DNA from: an uncultured Acidobacteriota bacterium
Lineage (GTDB): Bacteria > Acidobacteriota > Thermoanaerobaculia > UBA5066 > Gp7-AA6
Assembly (NCBI GenBank): GCA_963764715.1
Contig: CAVXTP010000006.1
Location: 352,001-416,000 of the forward strand
Direction of reading: 5' to 3'
DNA: 64,000 nucleotides
Shown here in pieces: positions 1 to 8,867 of this stretch (position 1 is its first letter; every line of letters starts with the position of its first letter). The notes below the pieces were generated by a model, which saw only the letters and a list, made by a program, of their open reading frames with translations, searched no databases and was not told the DNA's origin. A program made the translations under genes and the position numbers.

Positions 1-1625
1 ACGCGCGCGAGCCCCAGGACGAGCGCGAAGGCGCGCGCGACGGCGGCCTCGGGTCCGCTCGCGGGCTCGCGAAACGGCGTCTCGAGGCCGGGTCGCGAGT
101 CGTCGGGCTCCGGAAGCGCCCGGCGATCGACCTTCCCGGACGGCGTGCGCGGCAGTGCGTCGAGGAAGACGAAGAACGAAGGGAGCATCGAGCCGGGCAC
201 GCGGCGGGAGAGCTCGCGCCGCAGCTCGGCCGGCCCGGGGGCGCCTGGCCTCTCCCGCACGACCCAGGCGGCCAGGCGCGTCCCTTCCCCTTCGGTCCGG
301 GCCCGGCCCTCGACGGCCGCCTCCCGCACGCCCGGCACCGACAGGAGGGCCGTCTCGACCTCCGACGTCTCGACCCGGTGGCCGCGGACCTTCACGCGGG
401 CGTCCCGGCGGCCGCGATGCAGGAGAAGCCCGTCGGGCAGCATCCGGCCGAGATCGCCCGTCCGAAACAGGCGCGCGTCGGGACGGCCCGGAACCGGGAG
501 GAACGTTTCCGCCGTCAGCCCGGGGTCCTTCCAGTACCCGACGGGCAGCGTCGTCGCGATCACGCCGATCTCGCCCTCGTCGGACGCCTTTCCGTCGTCG
601 TCGAGCAGGACGACGTCGGTCTGCTCGACGGCGTATCCGAGCGGCGATCCCCCCGGCCACGGCGTGTCGTGGCGGGCGGACCACTGCCGGATCACGCTCA
701 TCTCGGTCGCGCCGAGGCCGACGTGAAACACGCACGTTCGCGGAAACCGGTTGCGGAAGAGAGCGAAGTCCGAGGCGAGCACCGGCTCGCCCCCGAGCTT
801 CACGACCCGCAGCTTCGAGAGGTCCTCGCGGCCGCCCAGGGTCGAGGCGAAGGTGCGAAAGACGCTCGGCACCGAGTGGTAGATCGTGACGCCCTCGCGC
901 TCGAGGAACTCCGGCAGGCGCCGCAGACCGTCGCCGGAGAGGTCGTGAGGACAGACCGAGGCGCCGTTCAGGAGCGCGCCGAAGATCGCGGACACGGAGG
1001 CCCCGAAGCTCGGAGACGTCAGGAGCGACATCCGGTCCTCCGGACCGATCTCGAGCCCCGCCGTCAGCTTCCGCGTGTTGTGGAGGAGGTTGCGGTGGCT
1101 GTGCATCACGCCCTTCGGCCGTCCCGTCGAGCCCGAGGTGAAGAGCACGTAGGCCAGATCGCCCGGCGAGGCCGCCGGCCGGCCGGCGGCCGCCGGAGGT
1201 CGGGACATCAGCTCTTCCAGGCCGAGCACGGGCACGGCCGCGGGAGCGAGCCGCGTGGCGCGGGCGAGCGAGAACGCATCGGTCACGATCGCGGCGGCAT
1301 CGAGGTCCGCCAGGATCGCCTCGAGGCGCGCGTCGGGCAGACGCGGATCGAGGGGCACGTAGAAGCGACCGGCGCGAAGCGTCCCGAGCATCGCGGCGAA
1401 GAGCGGAGCCCCGGTCTCCGCGAAGAGCCCCACGGGCCCCGGCGCCCCGCCGAGGCGGGCGACGAGCCCCGACGCGACGGACCCGGCGGCGCGGTCGAGC
1501 TCGCGGTAGCTCGTGACCCGCCCGCGCTCCCGCACGGCCGGGCGGTCCCCATGCGCGTTCGCGACCCGCCGGAAGCGCTCGTCGACCGAGCCCTCGACCT
1601 CAGCTCTCGGAAAGCTCGGAGCCAT
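1..1625 (-). CDS. NRPS-type adenylation (AMP-binding) protein, probably followed by a carrier domain; 3' end outside window
   Basis: Hand translation from ATG at 1625 (MAPSFPRAEVEGSV...) gives the A-domain motifs YVLFTSGSTGRPKGV, LFRTGDLG, GRRDARVKVRGHRVE and LPRTPSGKVDR, then a PCP-like start (EAAVARAFALVLG). Absent from the ORF track because it has no stop in the window. Confidence 0.85.
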   Translation of the reverse strand, partial: MAPSFPRAEVEGSVDERFRRVANAHGDRPAVRERGRVTSYRELDRAAGSVASGLVARLGGAPGPVGLFAETGAPLFAAMLGTLRAGRFYVPLDPRLPDARLEAILADLDAAAIVTDAFSLARATRLAPAAVPVLGLEELMSRPPAAAGRPAASPGDLAYVLFTSGSTGRPKGVMHSHRNLLHNTRKLTAGLEIGPEDRMSLLTSPSFGASVSAIFGALLNGASVCPHDLSGDGLRRLPEFLEREGVTIYHSVPSVFRTFASTLGGREDLSKLRVVKLGGEPVLASDFALFRNRFPRTCVFHVGLGATEMSVIRQWSARHDTPWPGGSPLGYAVEQTDVVLLDDDGKASDEGEIGVIATTLPVGYWKDPGLTAETFLPVPGRPDARLFRTGDLGRMLPDGLLLHRGRRDARVKVRGHRVETSEVETALLSVPGVREAAVEGRARTEGEGTRLAAWVVRERPGAPGPAELRRELSRRVPGSMLPSFFVFLDALPRTPSGKVDRRALPEPDDSRPGLETPFREPASGPEAAVARAFALVLGLAR

Positions 1626-3483
1626 AGATCGCCTGGAGCCGCGAATAGAACTCGACGTCGCCGCCGCCGTGCTCCGGCGGCCCGAGGCCCGAGGCCTTCC
1701 AGCCGCCGAACGGGGCCAGCGCGTCGGCATCGGCCGTGGAGACGTTCCACTTGAGAATCCCGGCCTCGGCCTCGGCCAGGAACCGCTCCCGCCACGGGCC
1801 CGGCCCCGCGAAGAGCGCCGCGGCGAGCCCCTGGCGGACTCCGTTCGCGAGGCGAAGGGCCTCGTCGAAGGCGCCCGCGCGCTCGAGGACGAGCACGGGG
1901 CCGAACGTTTCCTCCTGCACGATCCCGGCCTCGTGCGCGGACACGAGGACGAGCGTCGGCGGAAACCAGGCGCCGGGGCCCCGCGGCGCCGATGCGTGCG
2001 GCGCGATGAGGCGGGAGCCGGCCGCGGCCGATCGATCGACCGCCGCGGCGACGCGCTCGCGCGCCTCCTCGGAGACGAGCGGACCGACCTGCGTCGCCGG
2101 ATCGAGCGGGTCGCCCCAGGCGAGGGCCGAGGTCGAACGGACGAGGTGCTCGAGAAACGGCTCGAAGAGCTCCGCGGCGACGATCGCCCGCCGGTTGGCC
2201 GTGCAGCGCTGCCCGGCGAACGCGAAGGCGCCGTGCGCGACGAGGGCCGCGGCGCGCGGCAGGTCCGCGCCCTCCCACACGATCGCCGCGTTGTTGCCGC
2301 CGAGCTCGGCCTGGAGGGGAATCTGCCGCCGGGAGCAGATCTCCTGCGCCGCCCAACCCGCGGCGGGCGATCCCGTCAGCGAAACGGCATCGACCTCGGG
2401 ATCGCTCATCACCGCGGCCGCCGCGCGGTGATCGCCCTCGACGAGCGTCACGACGCCCTCCGGAAGCCCCGACGCGCGCGCCGCCTCGAGCGTGCGCCCG
2501 GCGGCCGCGGCCGCGAGCGGCGACGGCTTCCAGACGACCGTGTTGCCGAGAGCGAGCGCCGGTCCGATCTTTCCCCACGGGATCGCGATCGGGTTGTTCC
2601 ACGGCGTGACGACGCCGACGACGCCGAGCGGAGCGCGCCGGGACGCCGACGACTCCCCCGCCTTCGCAAGCCCCCCGAGCGAAAGTCCCGCGGCGGCGCG
2701 GAGAAGCTCCGCGGCGCGCCGGACCTCGGCCTCGCCCTGCGTCACCGGCTTGCCGATCTCGGCGGCGATCCGCCGGGCCTCGGCCGGCGCGTCGGCCGCG
2801 AGGCGATCGGCCAGGGCGAGGAGCGGGCGCGCGCGTTCGGGCGCCGGCATCGATCGCCAGCTCTCCAGGGCCCGCCGCGCCGACGCCGACGCTCCGGCCG
2901 CAGGGCGCGAAAAGTCGGAAGCCGGAGCGGCCGATCCGGAGTCGAGCCAGTGCAGGAGCTCCCGGACGGATGCAAACCGCGCCGCGCGGCCCTCGAGATA
3001 CCGGCGGGTCACGGCGGCGTGCAGCGGATCGTCGCTTCCGACGGCGTCCTCCGCCACCCAGACCGTCCGGCCCGCCGCGTAGGCGTCGAGCACCGTCGCG
3101 CGGATGCAGCCGTGCAGATGCACGCCGGCGACGATGAGCGTGTCGGCTCCGGAGAGCGCGGCCGCGAGATCGGGAGACGAGAAGGCGGAGAAGAACGTCT
3201 TCGAGACGACGGCCTCGCCGGCCCTCGGCCCGAGCTCCGGCGGAGAAGCGTGCCCCGGCGTTCCGCGAACGCACCGCCAGCGGCCGGGCGCCTTCCAGTG
3301 CGGCATCCGGTCGTCCCGTTCCCGGTCGACCGAAGTCACGGCGTGCACGACCGGAACGCCGCGCTCGCGCGCGGCGGCGAGCAGGCGCGCCGCCTGGCGG
3401 ACGACCTCGCCCGCCGGAGGCTCGAGTCCCGGCGCGCCCAGGAAGTCGTTTTGGAAGTCGACGAAGAGAAGGAGCGGTCTCAT
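1600..3483 (-). CDS. Isochorismatase-family cysteine hydrolase fused to aldehyde dehydrogenase
   Basis: N-terminal FVDFQNDF...VSKTFFSAF...GVHLHGCI (D-K-C triad). C-terminal TPWNNP, WKPSP, LTGS, ELGGN, AGQRC, EETFGP. Start ATG 3483 overlaps the upstream stop. Confidence 0.85.
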   Translation of the reverse strand: MRPLLLFVDFQNDFLGAPGLEPPAGEVVRQAARLLAAARERGVPVVHAVTSVDRERDDRMPHWKAPGRWRCVRGTPGHASPPELGPRAGEAVVSKTFFSAFSSPDLAAALSGADTLIVAGVHLHGCIRATVLDAYAAGRTVWVAEDAVGSDDPLHAAVTRRYLEGRAARFASVRELLHWLDSGSAAPASDFSRPAAGASASARRALESWRSMPAPERARPLLALADRLAADAPAEARRIAAEIGKPVTQGEAEVRRAAELLRAAAGLSLGGLAKAGESSASRRAPLGVVGVVTPWNNPIAIPWGKIGPALALGNTVVWKPSPLAAAAAGRTLEAARASGLPEGVVTLVEGDHRAAAAVMSDPEVDAVSLTGSPAAGWAAQEICSRRQIPLQAELGGNNAAIVWEGADLPRAAALVAHGAFAFAGQRCTANRRAIVAAELFEPFLEHLVRSTSALAWGDPLDPATQVGPLVSEEARERVAAAVDRSAAAGSRLIAPHASAPRGPGAWFPPTLVLVSAHEAGIVQEETFGPVLVLERAGAFDEALRLANGVRQGLAAALFAGPGPWRERFLAEAEAGILKWNVSTADADALAPFGGWKASGLGPPEHGGGDVEFYSRLQAIYGSELSES

Positions 3484-4625
3484 CCCGCCGGGTGCGCCCG
3501 GCGCTCGACTTCCCCGGCGATCCGCCGGCCGAGCTCGGCGGTGCCGACGACCGTGGCGCCCGGCTCCGCGATGTCGAACGTCCGGAATCCGTGACGCAGA
3601 ACGTCCTCGACCGCCGCCTCGATCCAGGCGGCCTCGCGCGCGAGGCCGAAGCTCTCCCGCAGCATCATCGCCGCCGACGCGATCTGGCCGATCGGATTGG
3701 CGCGCCCCTGCCCCGCGAGGTCCAGGGCCGAGCCATGGTTGGTCTGGTAGACCGCCGCGCCGGCGCTCGAAAAGTTGCCCGAGAAGGACATCCCCCGCGA
3801 CGCGAGGAGAACCGCGCCGACGTCCGCCAGCACGTCGCCGAAGAGATTCGAGGCGGCGATCACGTCGAAGGAGAGAGGTTCCTGGACCAGACGGTAGGCG
3901 GCGAGATCGATGTCGACGAACGAGGCCTCGACGCCGGCGCGCGCGGCCGCTTCCCGGCCGAGGTCGCGCCACAGCGCGCTGACCGCGGGAATGCCGCCCT
4001 CCTTGACGACGACGGCGAGGCGTCCCTTCCGCCCGGCCGCCAGCGCGCCCGCGACGTCGAGGAGGCGCCGGACCTGGGTCTCCGTGTAGCGGAACGCGTG
4101 CCCGGCGACGCGGCCGTCCCGCGGGTCGACCGTCTCGCCCCACTCTCCCTGGTAGACGCCGCCGGAGTTCTCGCGGACGATGAGGACGTCGGCGCCGGCC
4201 ACGCACGCGGCCTTGAGGCGCCCGGCCTCGCACAGCGCGCCGACCGGCTTCAGCGGCGAGAGCTTGCAGAAGAGGTCGAACCGACGGCGCAGGTCGTAGA
4301 CGAAGCGGCCGCCCCCCGGTCCGCAGAGGACGGCGCCGCCCTCGCCGAAGATGCCCTCGCAGAACGCGCTGACGTCGTCGGTCAGGCTGCGGCCGGTCAT
4401 GAGCTCCGCTTCCCGGCCGATGGCTCCGCCCGTCCGGAAATCGATGTCCGTCCCGCCGGCCGACAGCGCCGCGCGGACCACCTCGAGCGCGGCGCCGACG
4501 ACCTCGGGGCCGATGCCCTCGCCGGGAAGGATCCCCGCGACGAGCCGGCCCGCCCGGGCGGCTCGACCACCAACGGCATCGCTCCAGCGGCGCGCGCTCC
4601 GGACCTCCCTCGAGTCGACCGACAA
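3480..4625 (-). CDS. Isocitrate/isopropylmalate-family beta-decarboxylating dehydrogenase
   Basis: GEGIGPEVV, VRENSGGVY, NLFGDVLAD, HGSALDLAG..ANPIG motifs; start codon uncertain. Confidence 0.85.
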   Translation of the reverse strand: MSVDSREVRSARRWSDAVGGRAARAGRLVAGILPGEGIGPEVVGAALEVVRAALSAGGTDIDFRTGGAIGREAELMTGRSLTDDVSAFCEGIFGEGGAVLCGPGGGRFVYDLRRRFDLFCKLSPLKPVGALCEAGRLKAACVAGADVLIVRENSGGVYQGEWGETVDPRDGRVAGHAFRYTETQVRRLLDVAGALAAGRKGRLAVVVKEGGIPAVSALWRDLGREAAARAGVEASFVDIDLAAYRLVQEPLSFDVIAASNLFGDVLADVGAVLLASRGMSFSGNFSSAGAAVYQTNHGSALDLAGQGRANPIGQIASAAMMLRESFGLAREAAWIEAAVEDVLRHGFRTFDIAEPGATVVGTAELGRRIAGEVERRAHPAG

Positions 4626-4626
4626 G

Positions 4627-4648
4627 TTGCCCCCTTTTTTTGGGGCAA
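4627..4648. promoter_or_regulatory. Inverted repeat TTGCCCC-N8-GGGGCAA next to the dehydrogenase start
   Basis: Perfect 7-bp arms. On the minus strand the 3' arm overlaps an AAGGGGG SD-like run just before TTG 4625. Confidence 0.4.
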
Positions 4649-4768
4649 GAGTCTATCTCCGTCTGCGCCGGGCACCGGATGCGAGCATCGACCGCGCCGA
4701 AAGCCCGGCGGCCGGCTCGAACCGTCGGACCCCGCCTCCAGGCCGGGCGGCCGGAGGGAGAATTCGCG

Positions 4769-5222
4769 CTAGATCGCGCGGGCGAGCCGGGCCGTCGTCG
4801 TGATCTTCTTGACGGCCCCGCACTTGCAGGCCCGCGCGAAGGTCTCGCCGACGCTCGCCCCGACGTCCGCGCGGTTGGCCGCCGCGCACTTCTCGCAGGT
4901 CCACTCGATCGGCTGGATCTGCGACCCGACGAACGAATGCCAGAACCGCAGGCAGGTCGCCAGGCCCGACCACCCTTCGTAGACCGTGACGCGGCCGTTG
5001 TCCTGGCCGAGGGCCTTCCGGATGGCCGCGACCTCGTTGGCGTTGTGCAGGTCGTAGTGGGCGAGGCGCCCGCGCAGGGCGACGTCCGTCAGCAGGCCGA
5101 TCTTGCGCGGCGCCGACGACGCCGTCGGTCGTGTCGATCGAGGCGAGCACGAGACCGACCGCGCCCTCGACCCGCGGAAGGCGGCGGAACTCGATCGCGA
5201 AGATCTGCTGGGTCTTGATCAT
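4769..5222 (-). CDS. Hypothetical ~150-aa protein with C-terminal CxxC...CxC (Zn-ribbon-like); apparent +1 frameshift near 5127
   Basis: MIKTQQIFAIEF...SIDTT continues, after removing one base, as APRKIGLLTDVALRG...WTCEKCAAANRADVGASVGETFARACKCGAVKK...TAG(4769) with GC3-rich codons. Confidence 0.55.
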
Positions 5223-5590
5223 GGGCTTCCGGTCCGTCGGACGGGCCCAGAAAGGCCTGCGCGAAATCCCGGGTCGCCGCCTGGAGGCTCAGGGCGGCGA
5301 GCTGCCGCTGCGCGCCGGCGGCGGGCGTCGCCGATGCGGCGTTGAGCTCGACCGCGAGGTCCTCGAGCCAGAGGACGACGAGCTCGGCGAGCTCGGTCTG
5401 AAAGGCCGAGCGGTCCTGGCGCACGCCGCGGCGCGGACCCAGGATCCACTCGAGATGCGCCTCGCCCTCGGCGGGCGAAACGAGCGCGCGGGCCTCGCCG
5501 TAGCGCGCCCTCAGCCGCGCCACGATCCGTTCGTGCGTCCCCCGCCGGGACGGCGGCGAGAACCTGTTTTTCCGGTGAATCGATGACGGG
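5219..5590 (-). CDS. Hypothetical helical protein, boundaries uncertain (probable frameshifts)
   Basis: Protein-like core HERIVARLRARYGEARALV...ELAELVVLWLEDLAVELN inside ORF 5089..5718; C5 run at 5539-5543 may carry an extra base. Confidence 0.4.
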   Translation of the reverse strand, partial: PVIDSPEKQVLAAVPAGDARTDRGAAEGALRRGPRARFARRGRGASRVDPGSAPRRAPGPLGLSDRARRARRPLARGPRGRAQRRIGDARRRRAAAARRPEPPGGDPGFRAGLSGPVRRTGSP

Positions 5591-5726
5591 CCTCCCAATC
5601 TCTCAGAGAGCCGAAAGAACCGGCGACGGGATCCCGGAGCCGGAGAGGCTGGCCGTCGGAGGGAATCGGACACGAGCAGGGTACCACGCGCCCCGGAAGG
5701 GATACGGCCGGGTACCATGACGCGCC

Positions 5727-6944
5727 ATGGACGTCGGATTCGCGCGGCCGGAGTTCAAGCGGGATCCGTATCCCGCCTACCGGCGGCTGCGCGACGAGTC
5801 TCCGGTCGCGAGCGTCACTCTCCCCGACCGGAGGAAGGCCTGGCTCGTCACCCGATACGCCGACGTCGCGGCGGTCCTCAAGGACGAGCGATTCGTGAAG
5901 GACGCGTCCCGCGCCTCGACCGGCAAGGCGCCCTGGACCCCCTCCTTCTTCCGGCCGCTGACGCGCAACATGCTCGATCTCGACGCGCCGGACCACACGC
6001 GCCTGCGCGGGCTCGTTCACAAGGCATTCACGCCGCGCCTCGTCGAGCAGATGGCCGGGCGCATCCTCGCCCTGACGGACGGCCTTCTCGACGCCGTGGC
6101 CCGCCGCGGACGCATGGACCTGATCCGAGACTACGCGCTGCCGATCCCGGCCACGATCATCGCCGAGATGCTGGGCGTCCCGGCGGAGGACCGGCACCGA
6201 TTCCAGCGCTGGTCGAATGCCATGGTCTCCGCGTCGCCCTCGGGCTGGGGCATGCTCCGGGCGATCCCGGGCGCCGTCGGTTTCATGCGCTACATTCGCC
6301 GGCTCGTCCGCTCGCGCCGGAAGCTCGCCGGCGACGATCTGGTCAGCGCGCTCGTGCGGGCGGAAGAGGCCGGCCAGACGCTCGACGAGGACGAGCTGCT
6401 CGCGATGATCTTCCTCCTCCTCGTCGCCGGCTTCGAGACCACGGTGAACCTGATCGGCAACGGGACGCTCGCCCTGCTCGAGCACCCGGGGCAGATGCGG
6501 AGGCTCCGCGAGGACCCGTCCCTCCTCCCGCGCGCCGTCGAGGAGCTCCTTCGGTACGACGGGCCCCTCGAGACCGCCACCGAGCGTTACGCGATCGAAG
6601 ACGTGACGATCGGCGGCGCCACCATCCCCCGCGGGGCGCTCGTCTACGCCGTCCTCGCCTCGGCCGACCGCGACGAGCGTCAGTTTCCGGATCCGGACGC
6701 CCTCGACCTGACCCGCGAGCCGAACCGGCACCTGGCGTTCGGCCTCGGAGTCCACTACTGCCTCGGGGCTCCGCTCGCCCGCCTCGAAGGTCAGATCGCC
6801 TTCGGGGCCCTGCTGCGGCGCATCCCCGATCTGCGCCTCGCCGTCCCGCGGGCGTCGCTGCGCTGGCGCCCGGGCCTCGTTCTCCGGGGGCTCGCGTCCC
6901 TCCCGGTCGAGTTCGGCGCGACGGCCGGCGCCCGCATCGGGTAG
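5727..6944 (+). CDS. Cytochrome P450
   Basis: AGFETT I-helix, EELLR (ExxR), FGLGVHYCLG heme-Cys motif. Confidence 0.95.
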   Translation: MDVGFARPEFKRDPYPAYRRLRDESPVASVTLPDRRKAWLVTRYADVAAVLKDERFVKDASRASTGKAPWTPSFFRPLTRNMLDLDAPDHTRLRGLVHKAFTPRLVEQMAGRILALTDGLLDAVARRGRMDLIRDYALPIPATIIAEMLGVPAEDRHRFQRWSNAMVSASPSGWGMLRAIPGAVGFMRYIRRLVRSRRKLAGDDLVSALVRAEEAGQTLDEDELLAMIFLLLVAGFETTVNLIGNGTLALLEHPGQMRRLREDPSLLPRAVEELLRYDGPLETATERYAIEDVTIGGATIPRGALVYAVLASADRDERQFPDPDALDLTREPNRHLAFGLGVHYCLGAPLARLEGQIAFGALLRRIPDLRLAVPRASLRWRPGLVLRGLASLPVEFGATAGARIG

Positions 6945-6984
6945 CTTACGTAGCGCCGGCGCGGAGCCGGCGGGAGAGACCGCG

Positions 6985-8361
6985 ATGAGCACACGCTTCG
7001 ATGCCATCGTCATCGGGACCGGCCAGGCCGGGCCGTCGCTCGCGGCGCGCCTCTCGGCGGCCGGCATGAAAGTCGCGATCGTCGAGCGCGGAGCGTTCGG
7101 CGGCACCTGCGTCAACACGGGATGCATCCCGACGAAGACCCTCGTCGCGAGCGCCGCCGCGGCGCAGGCGGTGCGCCGGGCGCCCGAGTTCGGCGTCTCC
7201 GCCGGCGGCCCCCTGACCGTCGACATGAAGGCCGTCAAGTCCCGCAAGGACGCGATCTCGGGAGACTCGCGGAAGGGCGTCGAATCGATGCTCCGCGGGC
7301 TGCCGGACGCCGCGGTCTTCAACGGCCACGCCCGCTTCGAGTCGCCGCGGGAGGTGCGCGTCGGGTCCGAGGTCCTCTCCTCCGAGCGCATCTTCGTCAA
7401 CGTCGGCGGTCGGGCCTCCACCCCGCCCATGCCCGGAATCGCCGACGTTCCGTTCTGGACGAACTCGTCCATCATGGGGGTCGACTTCGTCCCCCCGCAC
7501 CTCGTCATCGTCGGGGGCAGCTACGTCGGGCTCGAGTTCGCCCAGATGTACCGGCGCTTCGGGTCGCAGGTCACTGTCGTCGAGATGTCGCCCCGTCTCA
7601 TCGCCCGGGAGGACGAGGACACGTCGGCGGCGATCCGCGAGATCCTCGAGCGCGAGGGGATCGCGGTGCGCACCGGAGCCGAGTGCATCGCCCTCGAGAA
7701 ATCGGCGTCGGGCGTGCGGATCAAGGTCGAGTGCCAGGAGGGCTCCCCCGCCGTCGACGGAACGCACCTCCTGCTCGCCGTCGGCCGCCGGCCCAACACG
7801 GACGACCTCGGCCTCGAGAAGGCCGGCGTGGCCGTCGACGCCCGCGGCTACATCACCGTCGACGAGGAGCTCCGGACCTCCGTCCCCGGCATCTGGGCGG
7901 TCGGCGACTGCAACGGCCGTGGGGCCTTCACGCACACGGCGTACAACGACTTCGAGATCGTCGCGGCGAATCTCCTCGACGGCGATCCACGGAAGGTCTC
8001 CGACCGGATCGAGGCCTATGCCCTCTACGTCGATCCGCCGCTCGGCCGGGCCGGCCTGACCGAGGCGGCCGCCCGCAGGACCGGGCGGAAGATCCTCGTC
8101 GGCAAGCGCCCGATGGAGAGGATCAAGCGCGCCGTCGAGAAGGGCGAGACGCAGGGCTTCATCAAGATCGTCGTCGACGCCGACTCGAAGCAGATCCTCG
8201 GGGCCGCGATCCTCGGCGTCGGCGGCGACGAGATCATCCACACCCTGCTCGACGTGATGTACGCGCGCGCGCCCTACACCGTCATCCAGCGGGCCATGCA
8301 CATCCACCCGACGGTGTCGGAGTACCTGCCGACGGTCCTCGGAGACCTGCGCGAGGCCTGA
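6985..8361 (+). CDS. FAD-dependent pyridine nucleotide-disulfide oxidoreductase (class I)
   Basis: GTGQAG, GGTCVNTGCIPTK redox disulfide, GGSYVGLE, C-terminal HPTVSE. Confidence 0.92.
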   Translation: MSTRFDAIVIGTGQAGPSLAARLSAAGMKVAIVERGAFGGTCVNTGCIPTKTLVASAAAAQAVRRAPEFGVSAGGPLTVDMKAVKSRKDAISGDSRKGVESMLRGLPDAAVFNGHARFESPREVRVGSEVLSSERIFVNVGGRASTPPMPGIADVPFWTNSSIMGVDFVPPHLVIVGGSYVGLEFAQMYRRFGSQVTVVEMSPRLIAREDEDTSAAIREILEREGIAVRTGAECIALEKSASGVRIKVECQEGSPAVDGTHLLLAVGRRPNTDDLGLEKAGVAVDARGYITVDEELRTSVPGIWAVGDCNGRGAFTHTAYNDFEIVAANLLDGDPRKVSDRIEAYALYVDPPLGRAGLTEAAARRTGRKILVGKRPMERIKRAVEKGETQGFIKIVVDADSKQILGAAILGVGGDEIIHTLLDVMYARAPYTVIQRAMHIHPTVSEYLPTVLGDLREA

Positions 8362-8376
8362 AGGGGCGGCCGGCGG

Positions 8377-8844
8377 TCAGCGCGGCCGGCTGACGACCCA
8401 GAACGCCAGCGCGATGGCGATCGCGTCTTCGAGGAGCGCGATCGGCAAGCCCTTGCCCCCGGCGGCCCGGGTGAGGCGCGCCCGGAACTCGTAGCCGCCC
8501 AGCGTCCCAACGACCGCCCCGAGGGCGCCGGCGACCAGTCCCGGGACGATCCCGTGCCCCGCCGCGGTGACGGCCGCCCCGCACAGCGCGCCCATGACGA
8601 TGCGGGCGATGAACGGCGCAGGCGCCTTGCGGCTGCCGGTCTTCGGCAGCTTGTCGCTGACGAGCTCGCCGAGCGCGGCGACGGTGAAGATCCAGGGCGT
8701 CACCGCCGCGCCGAGGAACGCGAGCGGCGTGCCCTGGAGGTTCAGCCAGCCGAGCCGAGCCGCCCAGCTCACGGCGGCCGGGGCGGTCATCGCGCGCAGC
8801 CCCGCCACGAGCCCGATCAGAAACGCCAGGACGTAGACCGGCAT
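8377..8844 (-). CDS. Membrane protein (DUF4126-like)
   Basis: MPVYVLAFLIGLVAGLRAMTAPA...GELVSDKLPKT; hydrophobic helices; C-terminal part of ORF 8377..11043. Confidence 0.75.
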   Translation of the reverse strand: MPVYVLAFLIGLVAGLRAMTAPAAVSWAARLGWLNLQGTPLAFLGAAVTPWIFTVAALGELVSDKLPKTGSRKAPAPFIARIVMGALCGAAVTAAGHGIVPGLVAGALGAVVGTLGGYEFRARLTRAAGGKGLPIALLEDAIAIALAFWVVSRPR

Positions 8845-8867
8845 GGTGTCCTCCGCTTCGGGCCGGG

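Noticed and set aside
4700-4735. Weak tRNA-3'-end-like string (GGCTCGAACCGTCGGACC)
   Set aside because: Too degenerate to assign to a tRNA; no cloverleaf
6961-6975. GCGGAGCCGGCGGGA, 14/15 match to the att-like copy at 14316
   Set aside because: Short, almost all G/C, overlaps an RBS and lacks the TGG (CCA) end; likely chance
6985-8361. Calling the oxidoreductase mercuric reductase (merA)
   Set aside because: No C-terminal Cys-Cys pair and no mer genes nearby
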